DNA of 64,000 nucleotides from Chrysomallon squamiferum. Taxonomy: Eukaryota > Animalia > Mollusca. The stretch spans positions 10,850,001 through 10,914,000 of the forward strand of contig CM022667.1 in assembly GCA_012295275.1 (NCBI GenBank), in the 5' to 3' direction. Below the pieces are notes generated by a model. It worked only from the letters and a program-made list of their open reading frames with translations. It had not been told where the DNA came from and ran no database searches. Positions 60,078-64,000 of this stretch are shown in pieces. A program made the translations under genes and the position numbers. How positions within the stretch are numbered: the stretch's first letter is position 1; each line of letters begins with the position of its first letter.

Positions 60078-60193
60078 GTCTCTTTCACTCATTTTTTGTT
60101 GTTGTTTTTTTTTTTTTATATTTTAATACTGAGTTATTTATCTCATAATCTTACGGCTTTTTATCGTTTTATTTTTTTTTTTTTTTTTTTCAG
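45970..60193 (+). other. GT-AG intron, 14224 bp, phase 1, interrupting the HTG|ERPF linker
   Basis: GTAGGT...(T)n cAG. Splicing restores the canonical TGERPF linker exactly. Confidence 0.95.
45990..46670. repeat. Degenerate higher-order repeat (period about 120-135 bp) made of GTAGAY clusters
   Basis: Clusters of GTAGAC/GTAGAT at about 10-bp spacing near 45995, 46125, 46250, 46365, 46500 and 46635. They are separated by similar segments (tgtgt...catat...catgcatt...tttttcattgc). Confidence 0.7.
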
Positions 60194-60730
60194 GCGAAAG
60201 ACCTTTCAAATGCCACATCTGCGGAAACCGGTTCTCCACGAAGGGCAACCTCAAGGTGCACTTCGAGCGGCACAAACAGAAGTACCCGAACGCCAAGATG
60301 AACCCCTACCCACAGCCCGAGCACCTGGAGCGGCCCCCGCCCCCGTCACTGCTCAACAACCCTTTCACCAGCCTGGCGAGCACCTCATTGCCGACACCTT
60401 TCCCGTTCTCACCCTTCCCGCCCCCGCCGGGCCCGGGCATGCTGATGACGTCACTGGGACCCATCGTGCCCTCGCTCTTGCCCCCCACGCCGCTCCCACC
60501 TCACGACAGGAGACCGTCTAGTCCGTACCCGCACCCGCACGAACCGAAGCCAAAGCCGAAGGAGGTCGTCACAGCATCTAGTCCACAACCGCCAAAAGAG
60601 TCTCCGGCCCTCAAGAGCCCGCCTGCCGAGAAGCCCGCACCGCCAGCACCACCGAGGACGACGTCCATGTTGACGTCGACGCCGATGTCGATGCCGATGT
60701 CGATGTCGATGGCCGCTCTGATGGCTCCCC
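60194..60730 (+). CDS. sall: Spalt/Sal-like gene, large exon C segment 1 (second finger of cluster 1 with SAL box, Pro-rich region), up to apparent frameshift 1
   Basis: Acceptor poly-T cAG ends at 60193. G+GC completes HTG|[45 protein letters not shown], matching the SALL cluster 1 second finger and the MNPYPxPEHL motif. The end coordinate is approximate. Confidence 0.92.
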
Positions 60731-62496
60731 GTCGTCGGTGTCGTTTTCCTGTGCGTCGCCGTGCACGTCGAACTCGCTTCACCTGCCCCCGAGCCGGAGC
60801 TTGCCAGCCACGCCCATCAGCTTTTCCATGCCCACCCCTCTGGCATCGACTCTGCCTCTCGGTAGCAACTCATCTCCGTTCATGCCGCCAATGCCATCCA
60901 TGGCCCTTCCGCAACCGTCGCCACTTTCGCATCCGCATCCGCATCCGCATCCGCATCCGCATCCGCATCCGCATCCACCACCTCATTCCCAGAGCATGGA
61001 CTTCAGGAACTCCATCCTGCCGTCGAAGATGATCGACCCGTCGGAGGACCTGGAGAAGTACATGGAGTGCACCAAGTCCGAGACGTCGAAGCTGGAGGCC
61101 CTGGTGAAGAACATAGAGCAGAAGATCACCGATCCGAACCAGTGCGTTATATGCCACAGGATACTCAGCTGCAAGAGCGCCCTCCAGATGCACTACCGCA
61201 TCCACACGGGAGAGCGTCCTTACAAGTGCAAGATCTGCAGCCGGGCCTTCACGACGAAAGGCAACCTGAAGACTCACATGGGAGTCCACCGGGCCAAGCC
61301 GCCTCTCCGCATGATGCACCAGTGTCCAGTGTGTCACAAGCAGTTCACCAACCTGCTCGTCCTTCAGCAGCACATCAGAATGCACACCGGAGAAGCGATG
61401 AGCGATCTGCCCAGTCCAGCCATGTTCCACCACCAGCCGTTTCCTTCTCACAGGTTCGATCCCCTGAGGAGACTCGATCACCAGCTGGCCAGCATGTCGG
61501 CGTCCTTCGAGTCGAAAGAACTTGACCTGAGCAAGAACTCGGCCTACGGGATGCCTCAGGATCCTGGAAACCGAGACAGGAATCTTTCCGAGAACAACAG
61601 CATGGACGATCTGAGATCTGACGGAGAAGCGTGTGACGACGATTTCGACGACATGGTGAACGGAGAGATGGACGACTTTAACGAAGAAGAAGAGATGATG
61701 GATCAACAGGAAATGCTCATGCAGGCTGAGAGGAGCTCAAAGGAGCGAGAACAATATGGGGAGAAGCCTGGGACTGGACCAGGATCTCCTAAACAAAGAC
61801 AAAGTCCGGACTCTCATCAGACTCCAGAATCTGCGTCCACAGATCAGCACATTTCATCGTCTGCCGGTCTGACTAAACCTCAGTCTTCTGCTTCACATTA
61901 CTCGGCTTCCCTGGCGGCTCTCGAGGAGCGAGTCAAGGCTATCGACAGCCAGATGTCTCAAGCCTCGTTTGAGAGATTTCGCAACAGCATGGGTCTGGAC
62001 AACGGACTGTCGTTGATGAACAAGATGCTGTCGCCGGGATATCCTCCTAATACTGAACGTTCTCCTCCTGCCACGTCTCCTAAGAGTCCAGCAGTTTCCG
62101 AGTCGGGATCTGAGCGGAGCATGATGCGAGAGGAAACCAGTCACCTGGGATACCCGGTCACTCCTGATGGAATGATGCCTTTTGGACTCGGCTACCCAAT
62201 GCTTGGAGCGCTTGATCTTCGTCCAGGAGAGAAACGCATTCATACGACCTGCCATGTCTGTTTCAAGACCTTTGCTTGTAGAAGCGCACTAGAAATCCAC
62301 CTAAGATCCCACACTAAAGAGAGACCTTTTCAGTGTGAGGTCTGCGACCGTTCTTTCTCCACCAGAGGAAACATGAGGCAACACATGCTGACGCACAAAA
62401 TTCGAGACATCCCATCTCAGGCCCTGAACGAAAACGATAGCAAACAAGAAAGACAAAACGAAGGCGACTCTCAGGCAAAGCAGAGTTCGAGCCCCC
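60729..62496 (+). CDS. sall: Spalt/Sal-like gene, exon C segment 2 (SETSKL motif, triple-finger cluster 2, double-finger cluster 3)
   Basis: Frame of ORF 60738-62732. It contains [14 protein letters not shown], cluster 2 [85 protein letters not shown] (about 61143-61385), [14 protein letters not shown] (similar to vertebrate IAALENQMKMI), and cluster 3 [49 protein letters not shown] (62250-62396). Confidence 0.95.
60930..60977 (+). repeat. Coding hexanucleotide repeat (CATCCG)7 CATCCA encoding (His-Pro)8
   Basis: Direct observation, in frame with zinc-finger cluster 2. Confidence 0.93.
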
Positions 62497-63340
62497 TACC
62501 GGCAAGGACAATGATTCTTTCACAAGCAGAGACGAGGACTATTCTCGCTGGAAACCGTTGGAGAGCAACTCTGGAAGAGATAACGAGTCTTTCTGCGCAC
62601 GAACTGAGGGGAGTGACGCTCACTGGAAACCTGCTTCCAGCCCCGTCGGGTCATCGAACCAGAAAACTCCAGAGAACAACAACACAAGCAATGTTAACAA
62701 GAATAACGAAGCCGCTGACGGTCAGGAAATGACCACCGATGAAACCTCTTCTTGCAAGGAGAATCTCGATGAATCCAAGGATATGGACTGCAGCGAGTTC
62801 AGCAGGAAGCCGAAGGAATTCGCTGAGGAAATGAGACCTTTTCCTTACGATCCGCCGCTACCCAGTTACGAAGCTCGAAGCAATACCACTACAACTGCTG
62901 AAGAGGACAAAAGCAACCGAAATCAATTCCATGACGTAACCAACCACAGCGTCATTTCCACCACAACAACAACAACCACCTCCTCCTCCTCCATCACCAC
63001 ACCCACCACTTCGTCTAGAAGTCCTCACAGTTCGGGAGAGACGAAACCTTTCAGCACGATGTCAGATATACGAAGCACCCACTTAAACGACGTCACCAAT
63101 CCTTCCAGTTCCAGTAACAATCCGATGAGGTCGCTGAATCGCTCCAGCAGCGACTCCGGCCACCACCACGGCGACTCGAGAAGTCAGCACCACTCCGACG
63201 GCGAAAGCAGAAGTCACCACAGCTCAGGAAGTCACCTACAACAGCATCACCAACATCGTCCTGACTCCCACGTCCGCCACCACTCAGGCAGCTCCATCAG
63301 CGGACACTCGAAGTCAGGAGGAGGAGGATCAGGAGGAGGG
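62495..63340 (+). CDS. sall: Spalt/Sal-like gene, exon C segment 3 (long Ser/Thr/His/Gly-rich linker between clusters 3 and 4)
   Basis: Frame of ORF 62558-63424, which extends back to about 62495 ([33 protein letters not shown]...). It is stop-free for about 280 codons, has a disordered composition and bridges two conserved finger clusters. Confidence 0.75.
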
Positions 63341-64000
63341 GAGGAGGGAAAAGCTCCGGCAACCACCAGATGGGAGACGGGTCGCCTTTCATGCGGCGGT
63401 CGGGACCGAAGCACCAGTGCATGACGTGCATGAAGACGTTCTCGAGCGCCAGCGCGCTCCAGATTCACACCCGCACCCACACCGGGGACAAGCCGTTCAA
63501 ATGCGAGGTGTGCGGCAAGGCGTTCACGACGAAAGGCAACCTGAAGGTGCACATGGGCACGCACATGTGGAACAACAGCCCCTCGCGCCGCGGACGGCGC
63601 ATGTCCATCGAGCCGCCGTTCATGATGTCGCACGTGCGCGACAACCCTTTCCTGGCGTCGATGCCGCACCGGCCCCCGGACTTCTACTTCCAGTACCCGC
63701 CCCACCACTTCATGAACGGCCTGCCGCCCAAGATGAACGAGATCTCCGTCATCCAGAGCGTGAACGGGGGCCTGGGGCAGGTCCCGCCCTCGCTGCACTA
63801 CGTCGGCTTCGGCATGAAGGACGAACTGAGGGAGGTGAGCGCGATGAACAGCAGCGAGACGAGGGAGAAGGAAGGAGCGAACCCGAGCCACGCCAGAGGA
63901 GACAAGGAGAACATCCACAACGGCTCCGTGAGTCCTGCTGAAGCCAAGCTGGTGACGGTGACGTCGTCGGGAGAACTGGATCTCAGCCTGCGGCCGTCGT
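63340..64000 (+). CDS. sall: Spalt/Sal-like gene, exon C segment 4 (double-finger cluster 4 and C-terminal motifs), open at window end
   Basis: Manual translation of the frame starting at 63361, not listed in the ORF track because it has no stop in the window: [84 protein letters not shown]...[15 protein letters not shown]...[10 protein letters not shown]. [17 protein letters not shown] and NEISVIQ are diagnostic SALL C-terminal motifs. Confidence 0.95.

Noticed and set aside
60306-63941. Antisense ORFs (60870-61706, 63247-63918) and alternate-frame ORFs (61067-61525, 63417-63941)
   Set aside because: They are expected by-products of high third-position GC in the Sall exon. The true cluster 4 frame is a different one (63361 onward).
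60194-64000. Pseudogene call, or several separate zinc-finger genes
   Set aside because: Domain order matches a single SALL protein, fingers and splice sites are intact, and each break can be repaired by one base in a homopolymer.

Overview
This is AT-rich, microsatellite-dense metazoan genomic DNA. The repeat load suggests an invertebrate, possibly a mollusc, but the taxon cannot be fixed from the sequence. The whole window lies inside one + strand gene, a spalt/Sal-like (SALL) zinc-finger transcription factor. Three coding exons can be reconstructed with canonical, phase-consistent splice sites (all phase 1). They are 20422-21402 (C2HC finger and Q-rich domain), a 117-bp exon at 45853-45969 that the ORF track misses (first finger of cluster 1), and a large exon from 60194 that runs off the window end (rest of cluster 1, then clusters 2, 3 and 4). 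The first exon (MSRRKQxxP motif) was not found and is probably upstream, and the stop codon is downstream. The large exon has three apparent single-base deletions, each placeable in a short C or G homopolymer and most likely assembly errors. The introns hold microsatellites, several unusual minisatellites (one built around a 16-bp palindrome) and CpG-containing islands with motif clusters (RFX X-boxes, triple DR1, octamer/Cdx/TCF, CTCF-like) that are candidate enhancers. No CRISPR array, RNA gene or intact transposon is supported, and I found no clearly novel system. The findings are leads only.
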